Below, one piece after another: positions 9,524 through 19,993 of a stretch of DNA of 64,000 nucleotides. This DNA is from an uncultured Planctomycetota bacterium (GTDB lineage Bacteria; Planctomycetota; Planctomycetia; Isosphaerales; Isosphaeraceae). The stretch covers positions 4,736,001 through 4,800,000 of the forward strand of contig CAVTTN010000002.1 of assembly GCA_963737655.1 (NCBI GenBank). Reading direction: 5' to 3'. Position numbers and translations under genes: made by a program. How positions within the stretch are numbered: position 1 is the stretch's first letter; each line of letters opens with the position of its first letter. Under the pieces are notes generated by a model. It was not told the DNA's origin. It saw only the letters and a list, made by a program, of their open reading frames with translations, and ran no database searches.

Positions 9524-9820
9524 ATGCCCTACGTCGAGGACCCCGGCGGGCTGGACTTCGACGGGAAAGGCCCGTGGAAGGGCTTTCCCGCCGACCTCGT
9601 CGCCCGAATCCTCCATAGTTGCGAGGCGATCCTGGGCCGAGACCGCAGCCGGCTCCGGCCCGATTCCAGGTTCGTCGAAACGGGTTGGGAGTCGCTGGAA
9701 CTGGTGGAACTCGTCATGGCGATCGAGCAGGAGTTCTCGTTCCGGATCTCCGATGCCGAGGCCGAGCGGATCTCGACCATCGGCCAGCTCGTCCAATTCG
9801 TGAAGGATCGAACCGGATAA
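9524..9820 (+). CDS. second, divergent acyl carrier protein-like protein
   Basis: SRFVETGWESLELVELVMAIEQEFSFRISDAEAERISTIG; between acpP and fabF with TAATG overlap. Confidence 0.75.
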   Translation: MPYVEDPGGLDFDGKGPWKGFPADLVARILHSCEAILGRDRSRLRPDSRFVETGWESLELVELVMAIEQEFSFRISDAEAERISTIGQLVQFVKDRTG

Positions 9821-11058
9821 TGTCGCGTCGCGTCGTCATCACAGGAATGGGCGTGGTCACCGGCCTGGGCCACACGGTCGATGAGATGTGGAGCGGCCTG
9901 ATCGCCGGCAAGAGCGGCGTCGGCCCCCTGGACCTCTTCGATACGACCGCCTTCCGGGTCCATTTCGGCGGGCAGGTCCGCAATTTCGACCCGGTGGCCC
10001 TGTTCGGCGTCAAGGAAGCCCGCCACCTCGACCGCTTCGCCCAGTTCGCCATGAGCGCGGCGACCCAGGCCGTCGAGGATTCGGGGATCGACTGGCAGAA
10101 GGTCGAGCCGTACCGCGCGGGCGTCTACATCGGCTCGGGGATCGGCGGCCTGAACGAGTTCGAGACCCAGCACACGGCCATGATGGAGAAGGGCCCCTCG
10201 CGGATCAGCCCGTTCACCATCCCCAAGCTGATGGTCAACGCCGCCAGCGGCCACGTCTCGATCAAGTACGGGCTGAAGGGGCCGACCTCCGCGATCGCCA
10301 CCGCCTGCGCCAGCGCGGCCAACGCCATCGGCGACGCCTTCAACCTGATCCGCCTGAACCACGCCGACGCGATGATCACCGGGGGCTCCGAGGCGGCGAT
10401 CACCCACATGGGCCTCGGCGGGTTCGCCTCGATGCGGGCGCTCTCCACCCGGAACGACGACCCCACCCGCGCCAGCCGGCCGTTCGACAAGGATCGCGAC
10501 GGCTTCGTCCTCTCCGAAGGGGCCGGGATCGTGATCCTCGAAGAGGAGAGCTTCGCCCGCAAGCGAGGCGCGAGGATCTATGCCGAGGTCCTCGGCTACG
10601 GGATGAGCGCCGACGGTTCCCACATCACCGCGCCCGACGACCAGGGCCGAGGCGCGGCCCGAGCGATGCTCAACTGCCTGGCCGACGGCCGTTGCAACCC
10701 CGACCAGGTCGGTTACATCAACGCCCACGGCACCAGCACCGGCCTCGGCGACCTGGCCGAGACCCGGGCGATGAAGACCATCTTCGGCCCTTACGCGAAA
10801 GAGGGCCTGCTGGTCTCCAGCACCAAGAGCGAACTGGGGCACCTGCTCGGGGCCTCGGGAGGCGTCGAGCTGATCGCCTCGGCCCTGGCGATCCACACCG
10901 GGGTCCTCCCGCCGACGATCAACCTGGACGAGCCCGACCCCGAGTGCGACCTGGATTACATCCCCCACGTCGCCCGAGAGGCCCGCGTCGATCGGGTCAT
11001 GTCCAACAGCTTCGGGTTCGGCGGCCACAACGCGAGCCTGCTGATCGCCCGCTATTGA
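9820..11058 (+). CDS. fabF: beta-ketoacyl-ACP synthase II
   Basis: RRVVITGMG, TACAS (Cys), NAHGTST, GHLLGA, SNSFGFGG. Confidence 0.96.
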   Translation: MSRRVVITGMGVVTGLGHTVDEMWSGLIAGKSGVGPLDLFDTTAFRVHFGGQVRNFDPVALFGVKEARHLDRFAQFAMSAATQAVEDSGIDWQKVEPYRAGVYIGSGIGGLNEFETQHTAMMEKGPSRISPFTIPKLMVNAASGHVSIKYGLKGPTSAIATACASAANAIGDAFNLIRLNHADAMITGGSEAAITHMGLGGFASMRALSTRNDDPTRASRPFDKDRDGFVLSEGAGIVILEEESFARKRGARIYAEVLGYGMSADGSHITAPDDQGRGAARAMLNCLADGRCNPDQVGYINAHGTSTGLGDLAETRAMKTIFGPYAKEGLLVSSTKSELGHLLGASGGVELIASALAIHTGVLPPTINLDEPDPECDLDYIPHVAREARVDRVMSNSFGFGGHNASLLIARY

Positions 11059-11065
11059 AGGCTCG

Positions 11066-11233
11066 GTCGGGTGCATGAAATGCACCGTCATGTCGGGTGC
11101 ATGAAATGCACCACACAGAAGCGGCGGCCAACGGCCGCCCACCGACCGTCCGCTCTTCGCGGGCCAGGTGAAAGTGAAGCGGCGGGCGGCCGTCGGCCGC
11201 CGGATCGCTTTGGTGCATTTCATGCACCCTACG
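11066..11233. repeat. REPIN of the GGGTGCATGAAATGCACC family (two direct copies plus one inverted copy)
   Basis: Copies at about 11069 and 11095, inverted GGTGCATTTCATGCACCCTAC at 11212-11232; inner GGCGGCC..CGGCCGCCC arms; between convergent genes. Confidence 0.85.
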
Positions 11234-11237
11234 TTTT

Positions 11238-11906
11238 TCACCCCGCCAGGGGTGAGTCGTCATAGTGGGCGAGGAGGTCGGCCGGGTCGCGATAGATCGC
11301 GATGCAGCCGGCGCGGCGGAGGCTGGCCTCGGGGAAACCTCCGCAGAGGACTCCGACGGTCTTGAGCCCGATCTTGCCGGCGGCCTCGGCGTCGTAGGGC
11401 GTATCGCCCACGACGATGGCCTCATTCGGGTCCAGCCCGAGCTTGGCCAGGGCCGCCTGGAAGATGTCCGGGTCGGGCTTGGAGTGCTCGGCGTCGGACG
11501 ACGAGGTCTCGTGCTCCTCGGGGATCAGGTCGGCGATCCCGGCGATCTGCTTGTAGTGCTGGAGCTCCTCCTCCTTCGCGGACGAGGCCAGCGCCACGTG
11601 CTTCCCGTCGGCCAGGACGCGCTCGAGAAGCTCGCGGACCTTCGGAAACGGCCGGATTTTCGGCACAAATTCCCGCTTGAGGAGGTCCGATCGATACGCC
11701 TCCAGGGCCTTGCCGAACGAGGCGATCTCCTGAGGAGACAGGAACTCGGGCAAGAGGTGGTCGCCCCCCTTGCCGATCTGGCTCCTCACCGCCTCGAACG
11801 CGACTTCCTTGCCGAAATGACGAAACGCCTGCCGCCAAGCCTCGGCATGGGCGTCCACCGAGTCGATCAACGTCCCATCGATGTCGAAAATCACGGCGCG
11901 GATCAA
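11238..11906 (-). CDS. HAD-IA family hydrolase/phosphatase
   Basis: IFDIDGTLIDS, SKPDPDIF, VGDTPYD; TTG start after GAGG. Confidence 0.9.
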   Translation of the reverse strand: MIRAVIFDIDGTLIDSVDAHAEAWRQAFRHFGKEVAFEAVRSQIGKGGDHLLPEFLSPQEIASFGKALEAYRSDLLKREFVPKIRPFPKVRELLERVLADGKHVALASSAKEEELQHYKQIAGIADLIPEEHETSSSDAEHSKPDPDIFQAALAKLGLDPNEAIVVGDTPYDAEAAGKIGLKTVGVLCGGFPEASLRRAGCIAIYRDPADLLAHYDDSPLAG

Positions 11907-11987
11907 GGGAATGCCTCGCGGTCCCGGGCCCCTCGCGAACGGATCGCAAGGGTCCGGGACCGCAATCGGCGCGCCGGCAGAAAGCAA

Positions 11988-12038
11988 TGGGCAGTGGGCA
12001 GTGGGCAGTGGGCAGTGGGCAGTGGGCAGAGTGGGCAG
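11988..12038. repeat. heptamer tandem repeat (TGGGCAG)x6 plus one offset copy
   Basis: Direct reading; followed by GTAGGGCCAGCCGAGGCCGGCCCT REP-like palindrome. Confidence 0.9.
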
Positions 12039-12082
12039 CCCCCGTAGGGCCAGCCGAGGCCGGCCCTCCGAGGACGAATCAC

Positions 12083-12589
12083 TCAACCGCCCGGCAGCTT
12101 GTAGAAGAAGTGAGGCCAGGGGAACGGCCCGGGCCCGGGAACCCAGGGGTCGAGGTCGTAGACCGGGACCCACACGCCGTGCGAGTAATATCCGCAAACC
12201 GGCTGGAACGGGTGGACGAAGTTCGACAGGGCCCGAAAGGGCATCCGGTTGGAGCTCGGGTTGGGCTTGGTCAGCCCCGCGCTCCCGGCGAAATACGGCG
12301 GGTAGGCCCCGGTGTGGGTGTCCTTGAACTTCATCCCGTACAGGCCGCCGGTCTTGATCGCGTTGGGGTAGCCGATCCCCGGGTAATTCGCCCAGCGGGT
12401 GTTGTAATAGAGGTCGCGATGGGGGTCGGGCGGCAGGTTCGGCACGATCGGGGTGAAGCGGGTGATCAGCCCGCTGCGCTCATCCATACGGGGGATGATC
12501 GGCGCAGGGTCCTGGCCCCGCGCCGCCCCGCCGGCCATCAGGCCGATCGCGACGCAGGCCGAGGCCAGGATCGGAAGGGGTCGGATCAT
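12083..12589 (-). CDS. secreted Pro/Tyr/Gly-rich hypothetical protein
   Basis: AGGAG RBS, signal peptide MIRPLPILASACVAIGLMAGGAARG, GC3-biased codons. Confidence 0.75.
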   Translation of the reverse strand: MIRPLPILASACVAIGLMAGGAARGQDPAPIIPRMDERSGLITRFTPIVPNLPPDPHRDLYYNTRWANYPGIGYPNAIKTGGLYGMKFKDTHTGAYPPYFAGSAGLTKPNPSSNRMPFRALSNFVHPFQPVCGYYSHGVWVPVYDLDPWVPGPGPFPWPHFFYKLPGG

Positions 12590-12692
12590 GAACGGGTCTC
12601 CTCCTGAGACGACACGGACGGGACATCCCGAGAGGGCACTCGTCCCACGATGGACCGAGGCCCCCTCGGCTTCCGGACAGATGGCCGAACGA

Positions 12693-13781
12693 TCAGGGGA
12701 CGATCTCCGAGAACGGCGGGAAGGCGAAGAAGTCCCGGGGGGACCGGACCGGGTTCACGTAGGGGACGTACCCGGGCGTCAGGGGGACCGGCCCACCGGG
12801 GCCGACGAAGTATTTCACGTCGCCGTGGTGCAAGACCTTCGAGGCCAGGCCCAGGGGCAGGCCGAGCAGGCTCTTCGCCTTGGCGCAGAAGGAGCAGCCG
12901 CGGCCTCCGCAATGCGAGCAGCCGCCGCCGTTGCCGCCCCGGCACAGGCCGCAGCCCCGGCCTCCGCACGATCCGCAGCCCCGAGAGGGGTCGCCGGCCA
13001 TCCCGCGACCGAAGCACGAGCCGCAACCGTTCCCGCCGCACGACCGGCACAGCAGTTTATTCAGCAAGCCCGAGCCTCCGCAGAGGCCGCAGCCCCCTCG
13101 GGCGCCGTGGCCGGTCCCGAGGCAGCCTCCGCAGACCACCGGCGCCTGGCCCGAGGCCATCACCGGGGCCGCCCCCACGGTCTTCGCCGGCACCGCCGGA
13201 ATGCCCTGGGCCGAGCCCTGGACCGTCCCGCAACCGGGCCCCACGCAGGCCATCCCCGTGTCTCCCGAGTGGCCGAGGCCGCCGAGTCCGGCCCCGCCGT
13301 GAACATGACCGTGGCCTCCGCCGGGATCGAACCCGTGGAACAGCCCGCCCGAGCCCAGGCCGCCCGAGCCCAGACCGGCCCCGGCCCCGAGGCCCAGGCC
13401 GTGGCATCGGCCGCAGCCCGATCCCGCGCATCCGCCGCAGGGACCGCCGTTGTTGCGACCCCCTCCGCCGCACAGGCCGCACAGGCCCGATCCGCACTTC
13501 GAGCACAGGCCCTTGACCTTGCCCACCAGGCCGTGGACGGCCCCGAACGTCAGCCCGGCGGCGCTCTTCACGCAGCCGATGTAATCGTCCTTCGCGTAAT
13601 GTCCGTAGGGGATCGGCGGCGCCATCATGACGTCTCCGGTCCGATAATCCATCGCCAGGGTCTCGCGGGGGATCGTCCTGTGGAAGATCCCGCCCGCCCT
13701 CGCCGCGACGGCCTGGCCCATCGCGAGGCAAATCCCCAGGGCGATCGTCGCGACCGCCCTTCGCCCAGTGCCGGAACGCAT
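12693..13781 (-). CDS. secreted Gly/Cys-rich protein with about 12 CxxC(xGxG) motifs
   Basis: AAGGGAG RBS; signal peptide MRSGTGRRAVATIALGICLAMGQAVAARA; CSKC, CGLC, CGGC, CGRC, CRSC, CGSC, CSHC, CSFC etc. Confidence 0.75.
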   Translation of the reverse strand: MRSGTGRRAVATIALGICLAMGQAVAARAGGIFHRTIPRETLAMDYRTGDVMMAPPIPYGHYAKDDYIGCVKSAAGLTFGAVHGLVGKVKGLCSKCGSGLCGLCGGGGRNNGGPCGGCAGSGCGRCHGLGLGAGAGLGSGGLGSGGLFHGFDPGGGHGHVHGGAGLGGLGHSGDTGMACVGPGCGTVQGSAQGIPAVPAKTVGAAPVMASGQAPVVCGGCLGTGHGARGGCGLCGGSGLLNKLLCRSCGGNGCGSCFGRGMAGDPSRGCGSCGGRGCGLCRGGNGGGCSHCGGRGCSFCAKAKSLLGLPLGLASKVLHHGDVKYFVGPGGPVPLTPGYVPYVNPVRSPRDFFAFPPFSEIVP

Positions 13782-14309
13782 GGTCACTCCCTTATCGCGT
13801 GCTGAAGGCTCCCTCCTGGAGTGTCCTGGTCCGGGCATGCGATCGCCGGCCGCCCGCCGTCCTCTGCGGGGCCGACGCCCTCCCTGGTCGTCTCGCCGAA
13901 GCCGCCGAACTGTCCGGTCCGGACCGCGCCACGCCCTTCCCAGGGCTTCGCGGCTTCCCGACCCACCGGGGCTTCGCCAATCTCCCATCGACCAATCCGG
14001 CGCGGAATCTGGAGAGAAAGCGGAGACTCGGGGCTTTCCTCGCGGACCGAATTCCTCATCTGAGACCACGACTCGTCGTCCTGCCCCGACAGGGAGATCG
14101 TTCCGAGCCGGTAACTTGACGACCGCAGACGTTGCGGTCAAACTCACACGCGTTGGGGGATCGTCGATGGGGCCAGCCTCTCCATCAAGCCGATATCGCC
14201 GGATCGGGAGCCTGCCGTCATCCCCTCGAACCGATCACCGATGCCCGGATCCGGTGAACTGAATCCGGCCGTTGTTGAGCCGGGAGACCCGAGGGTATGA
14301 TCGCCTTTC

Positions 14310-14789
14310 ATGGGACCCACCGTATACATTGAGACGACCTCCCGAGCTACCTGACGGCGTGGCCGAGCCGCGATCTGGTGCGGGCTGGAGAGCAGCAGGT
14401 GACCCGAGACTGGTGGGACCAACGTTCCGACTACGAACTGCGGGTCTCTTCGCTGGTACTCCTGGAACGTGGGGCCGGCGACCCCGAGGCGGCGCGCCGT
14501 CGCCTGTCGGCCCTGGACGGCGTGCCCATCTGGGCCCAGTCCCGAGAGGCGGACGCCCTGGCAGGCAACCTCCTGAGGGATGTCCCCCTGCCTCCGAGGG
14601 CCGCGCTCGATGCCCTGCATATCGCCCTGGCGGCGGTGAATGGCGCCTCCTATCTTTTGACGTGGAATTGCGCACATCGCCAACGCCACTCTGAGGCCGA
14701 GGATCGAGGAGGTCTGCCGGCGGGCGGGCTATGAGCCGCCGGTGATCTGTACGCCGAGGGAGCCCCTGGGCGAGGAGAGGGCCACATGA
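14310..14789 (+). pseudogene. PIN/VapC-like toxin, broken by two frameshifts (about 14339 and 14675)
   Basis: Joined frames read MGPTVYIETT(I)PSYLTAWPSRDLV...DALHIALAAVNGASYLLTWNCAH(I)ANA...PVICTP; may be intact if the indels are sequencing errors. Confidence 0.75.
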
Positions 14790-15022
14790 AGGATGACATC
14801 CTGGCGGACTTGCGGGCCTGGCGCGACGAGTTCGCGCGAGCTCATGGATACGATCTCGGTGCGATTGCGGAGATCTTGAGAAAGTTGGACGCCGAGACCG
14901 GGAATCGGGTCACGCGCGACGAGCCGCGACACCCGACCGTCGTGCCCTCTCCCGGGGCTCTCGCCACCCATCCTTCGCGAGCCTGGAACGAACTCGAACG
15001 GCCGGACCCCGCCCTCCCGTAA
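14786..15022 (+). CDS. small partner protein of the PIN gene (putative antitoxin)
   Basis: MKDDILADLRAWRDEFARAHGYDLGAI; ATGA overlap with the PIN gene. Confidence 0.65.
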   Translation: MKDDILADLRAWRDEFARAHGYDLGAIAEILRKLDAETGNRVTRDEPRHPTVVPSPGALATHPSRAWNELERPDPALP

Positions 15023-15058
15023 CCGAAAATCCGTCCACGGGCATGGAATTCCCCCCCG

Positions 15059-18000
15059 ATGCCGATCCAGGTCCGCTGCCCCAACCCGGCGTGCTCGCAC
15101 TCCTACAGCGTGACGAGCGAGCAGCTCCCCGCCAAGGGACGCTGCAAGAGGTGCGGGCATGTTTTTCGGTTGTCCGGCTCCGTCGAGGGTGCCCCGGGGA
15201 TCGGCTCGGGCCCGGCTCGGAGTGTTTCGCGGGATTCGTCGATCCCGGAACGGATCGGCCGCTTCCAGGTGCTCAATCGCCTGGGTGCGGGGGCGTTCGG
15301 GACGGTTTATCGGGCCTTTGATCCGAGCCTGGATCGCGAGGTTGCGCTGAAGGTGCCCCAGACCGCGTTGCTCGACTCCCCGAAGGCGAAGGAGCGATTC
15401 CTCCGCGAAGCGAGGGCCGCCGCCCGGCTCCGCCACCCGCGGATCGTGCCGCTTTTCGAGGCCGGTTTCGATCAGGATCGCCATTACATCGCCTCGGCGT
15501 TCATCGAGGGGACGACGCTCGCCGACCTCGTCGAGCCGGGCGGCGTCGGCTGGGATCGCGCGGCGAGGATCGCGCTCCAGCTTGCCGAGGCGCTGCACTA
15601 TGCGCACTCGGAAAAGATCGTCCACCGCGACGTGAAGCCCTCGAACGTCATGATCGACGTCAAGGGAGACGCCCACCTGATGGATTTCGGCCTCGCCCGG
15701 TTCGAGCTGTCCGAGGAGAGGCTCACGCAGGACGGCGCGATCCTCGGGACGCCCGCCTACATGGCCCCCGAGCAGGCCACCGGCCGGAGCGGCGAGGCCA
15801 ACGCCCTGAGCGATCAGTACAGCCTCGGCGCCACCCTGTACGAGCTGCTTTGCGGCCGTCCGCCGTTCTCCGGGCCTCCCGAAGTGGTCCTGTTCCTCGT
15901 GACGCAGAGGGAGCCCGACCGGCCCCGGGCCGTGAATCCGGGCGTCCCTCGCGACCTGGAAACGATCTGTTTGAAGGCGATGGCCAAGGCGCCCGCGGAC
16001 CGTTACGCCGATTGCGGGGACCTGGCCGACGACCTCCGCCGGTGGCTCATGGACGAGTCGATCCGGGCGAGGCGGCAGACGGTCCCGGAACGGGCCCGGC
16101 GCTGGGTCCGCAAGAACGCGATGGTGGCCGGCCTGACCGTCGCGGTCGTCCTGAGCCTGGCCGTCGGCACGGTGGCGACCTCGTTCCTGGCGATCCGCGC
16201 CTCGATGCTGGCCCGGCAGTCCGCCGAGCTGGCCCGCCGATCCGATCGGCTGGCCAGGCAGGCCGACCGCGACGCCAGGGAGGCCCGGACGCAGGCCGAT
16301 CGGGCGATCCTGGCCGAGCGGCAGATCGCCGACGAGGTGGATCGGGCCCGGGTCGCCCGTCGTCAGGCGCAGAGGGAAGCGGCCGACTCGACCTTGCAGA
16401 GGGCCATCGGCCTCTGCGAGGCCGGGGAGGTCGGCCACGGCCTCCTCTGGCTGGCCCGAGGGCATGGCCTGGCCCGGGATGCCGGCGACCTCGCCCTGGA
16501 AGAAGCCTATCGCTGGAACATCCAGGCGTGGCAGGAACGCCACCCGTTGCTGGAACGCATCCTGGTCCATCCGGCGAACGTCGAGAGCGCCGCGTTCAGC
16601 GTCGATGGCTCAAAAATCTTCACCGGGGGGGCCGACGGCAAGCTCCGCATCTGGGACGTCGCGACGGGCGCCGAGCTCGAGAACCCGATGAGCCACCCGG
16701 CCGGACTGGTCGGCCTGGGCGTGGTCCCGAACGGGGATCTGGTCATCACCACGTGTCGGGACGAGCACATCCGAATCTGGGACTGGGCCCGCCGGGCCGA
16801 GGTCCAGTCGATCGCGATGAAAGGGGCCGGGAACCTGGCCATCGACCCCAGGGGGGGCCGATTCCTGGTCGGCTCGTGGGAGGGGGCCTTCCTGTTCTCG
16901 ATCGAGACCGGCCTGCAAATCAAGGCGTTGAAGGGGCGGCCCGACGACAAGCCGTATGCGATCGAGGCCGTGGCCTTCTACCCCGACGGCTCCCCCGTGA
17001 CCGTGAACAACGCGACCCAGGGGATGGTCTGGGACGGGGCGACCCTCCAGCAGAGCAGCACGTCCTTCCCGACCGCCGTGAAGGGCATTCGGACCCTCAG
17101 CGTCGCCGTGAGCCCGGACGGCAAGGTCCTCGCCACCGGGCAATTGTTCGATCACACCGTGCGGTTCCTCGACGCCCATTCCAAGCAGAGGCTCGGCTCG
17201 GGACGGCATTCGGCGACGGTCCAGCGCCTGAGCTTCCACCCCGACGGCACGATGCTCGCCAGCGGGTCGGACGATACGACGGTCCGGCTCTGGGACGTCC
17301 CGTCGTTCGAGCTGGCGGCCCCTCACCTGCTCCACGGGGGCCCGGTCCGGGTCTGCCAGTTCGACCCGTCGGGCGAGCGGCTGATCACCGGCGGCCCCAG
17401 CGGCCAGGTGAAGCTCTGGAGGCTCCGCCCTCGCCAGCCGTTCCGCTCGATCGCCTCGAAGGAGAACCTCAACGCCCTGGCGTTCTCGCCCGGAGGGTCG
17501 AAGCTGGCGTCTTCGTCGCTGACAGAGGACGGGGTGAGGATCCACGACGTCGCCACCGGCGAATTGCTGGTTCATGCGCCGAGCCGGACCGGCTGGGCCC
17601 TGATCGGCGACTTCCTGCCCGACGGGAAATCGGCCATCGTGGCGATCAACGGCGCCCCCGGGGTCAGCAACCGCCTCTATCGCTGGGACCTCCACGGCGA
17701 TCTCCGGGCCCAGGAGATCGCCCAGGAGTCCGAGGAGATCTGGCGATTGACGCTCTCCGGCGACGGCCGCCGGGTCGCCTTCGGCTGCCTGGGCTCTCAT
17801 GGCCACATCCTGCCCCTGGAACCGGGGGAGAAGGCGAGCCCCCGATGCGCCACGCCGCGAACGTGTTCGGGATGGCCTTCGATCCCGAGGGCCGGCGCGT
17901 CCTGACCGGCAGCTCCGACGGCACCACCCGGTTCTGGGACGCGAAGACCGGCAAGCCCCTGGGCCCCGCCCAGAAGCACGGGGTCCAGATCCTCAGCGTG

Positions 18001-18468
18001 GCGTTCCGCCCCGACGGCCGGGAATACGCGACGGCCGGCTCCGATCGCTTCGTCCGCCGATGGGACGCGACCAGCCAGCGCGCCCTGATGCCGAGCGTCC
18101 AGCATCGCGACGAGGTCACCAAGGTGGTGTACCTCGCCGACGGCACCCTGCTCTTCACCGGGAGCAAGGACGGCACGGCCCGGTTCTGGCACGTGGCCAC
18201 GGGCAGGACCGTCGGGGCGCCGATGACCCACGACCTGGCCGTCATCGGCATCGCCCGCGACCTCGGCGGCACGATCGTCGCCACCGGGGGCCAGGAGGGC
18301 ACGATCAAGCTCTGGCAGACCCCCCGGAAGGCCGACCCGGACCTCGACTTCGTCCCGGAAATGGAACGGCTGACCGGGATGAGGCTCGACGAGGAGCTGT
18401 CGGTCCGCCTGATGACGCCCTCGGAATGGGAAGCCCGGGGCGGCCGTTCGGTCCGGTTCGATCCCTGA
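15059..18468 (+). CDS. Ser/Thr protein kinase with N-terminal Zn ribbon, TM helix and WD40 repeats; frameshift at C-run about 17840
   Basis: CPNPAC..CKRC; LGAGAFG, VALK, HRDVKPSN, DFGLAR, GTPAYMAPE; WD repeats continue in the frame of ORF 15850-18468 after adding one C. Confidence 0.9.
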
Positions 18469-18508
18469 TCCGTACCCATCCCCCCGATCCCCTCAGGAGG
18501 GCCGCGGA

Positions 18509-19015
18509 ATGCCCTACGATGCCAGTTGCCACCTCTGGCCCGATCGCGACGACGCCTTCTTCCGGGACCGGGACGTCCGGCCGAGGAGGCAGGCCGGCCC
18601 CCATTGCGTCTCGACCGTCCTGGCGATGCTCTCCGGCCGGGAGCCGACCGACTTCCAGGGGCGAGTCAACACGCAAGACCCGGTCTCCTGGTCCTCCGCG
18701 CTCCGGGAGACCGGGATGAAGCTGGCCTACTGCCCGACCGACGCCCGGCGATTGCGCTTCTACCTCCCGGAATTGCTCGCCCTGGACGACCTGTTCACCC
18801 TGAGCTTCTACACCCCCGGCGACCCGGCCGATCTCCTCCGCGACCCCGACGATCGCGGCTGGGTCTGCGGCTCCCACATCGTCCTCCTCCACCGAGGCGC
18901 GATCCTCGACCCGGCCTCCGGCACCCGTTCGGAGGCGCTTTCTCATCCCATCATGAATCAACACACGAAACGGATCTTCCGGGTCGTCCCCTCGGGCCAT
19001 GACCGAGGGATCTAG
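18509..19015 (+). CDS. hypothetical protein, possible C39/papain-like cysteine peptidase
   Basis: RQAGPHCVSTVLAML ... SHIVLL ... ILDPA matches the Q-C / H / DP arrangement. Confidence 0.55.
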   Translation: MPYDASCHLWPDRDDAFFRDRDVRPRRQAGPHCVSTVLAMLSGREPTDFQGRVNTQDPVSWSSALRETGMKLAYCPTDARRLRFYLPELLALDDLFTLSFYTPGDPADLLRDPDDRGWVCGSHIVLLHRGAILDPASGTRSEALSHPIMNQHTKRIFRVVPSGHDRGI

Positions 19016-19145
19016 TCTCCCATGTTCCTTTGAATGGTGATGGCTTGAAGAACATCACTTGTCGGTTACACTGGGCGCCCCCCAGAGCGCCGGGATGGGT
19101 CCGGTCGTTGTTCTTCAAACCTTTTGTGACGGGGGAGAGTGCCTC

Positions 19146-19906
19146 GTGTCGTCCTTGTCCGTCAGTCTTGTGGGCCTCGCCGCCATGGCCGGAGGCGCCG
19201 GAGTCGGCGTCATTCTTCGACGATTCTTGCCGGGGCATCATCTTCGCGACGATTCCAAGGAGGTCCTCAAGACGGTGGCCGGGATGCTGGCCACGTTGAT
19301 CGCCCTGGTCATCGGCCTCCTCGTGAGCGCGGCGAAGGACACGTTCGACGCGGCCGGCGCGGCCGTGACCGGCGGGGGCGCGAAGATCATCATGGTCGAT
19401 CGCCTCCTGAAGCGGTTCGGGCCGAGGCCCAGGGCGCCCGCGATCGGCTCCGCCAGACCGTGGCCGCCGGGCTCGAGCGGTTCTCGACGACCGAACACGG
19501 CGCCGAATCGGCCGTGAGGGGCGCGGAGACCGCCACCGGCATGGAGGACTTCTTCGACGATGTCCGCGCCCTCGCGCCGAAGGACGACGCCCAGCGCTAC
19601 CTCCAGGGCCAGGCCGTCCAGATCGCCTCGGATCTCGCGCAATCGCGGTGGATGCTGATCGAGCAATCGCAGAACTCGCTGCCGACGATGTTCCTGGTCG
19701 TCCTGATCGCCTGGCTGACGGTCCTCTTCATCGCCTTCGGCCTCCTGACGCCACCCAACCCCACGGCCATTTTCTCGCTGCTGATCTGCGGGATCTCGAT
19801 CGCCGTCGCCATCTTCCTGATCCTGGAGCTGAACCGGCCCCTGGAAGGCTCGATCCGGGTCTCCCGGGCCCCTCTCCAGAAGGCCCTGGCCCTGATCGGC
19901 CGATGA
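19146..19906 (+). CDS. DUF4239/bestrophin-like membrane protein; frameshift about 19423
   Basis: GMLATLIALVIGLLVSAAK ... IFLILELNRPLEGSIRVS; two ORFs join by restoring one base at FGP-EAQGAR. Confidence 0.75.
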
Positions 19907-19993
19907 GGCGAAGATGGGGCCGTGCGTTCGCGGTCCCGGACCCGGACCCGGACCCGGACCCGCCCCCTCCCGTCCCGAATGGGCCTTCTCGCG

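Noticed and set aside
11066..11233. Repeated GGGTGCATGAAATGCACC as a possible CRISPR array
   Set aside because: Only two direct copies with a spacer under 10 nt, a third copy inverted, dispersed copies elsewhere, and no cas genes
12693..13781. Cys-rich protein as multiheme cytochrome or RiPP precursor
   Set aside because: Motifs are CxxC without the following His in all but one case, and no modifying enzymes are adjacent
19934..19961. Short hexamer repeats (CCCGGA here; CCCGAG/CCCGAA at about 28230 and 51567; GGAGCC at about 63505) and pentamers at 149-185
   Set aside because: Low-complexity microsatellites or Pro-Glu/Gly-Ser/Gly-Ala linker codons with no further structure
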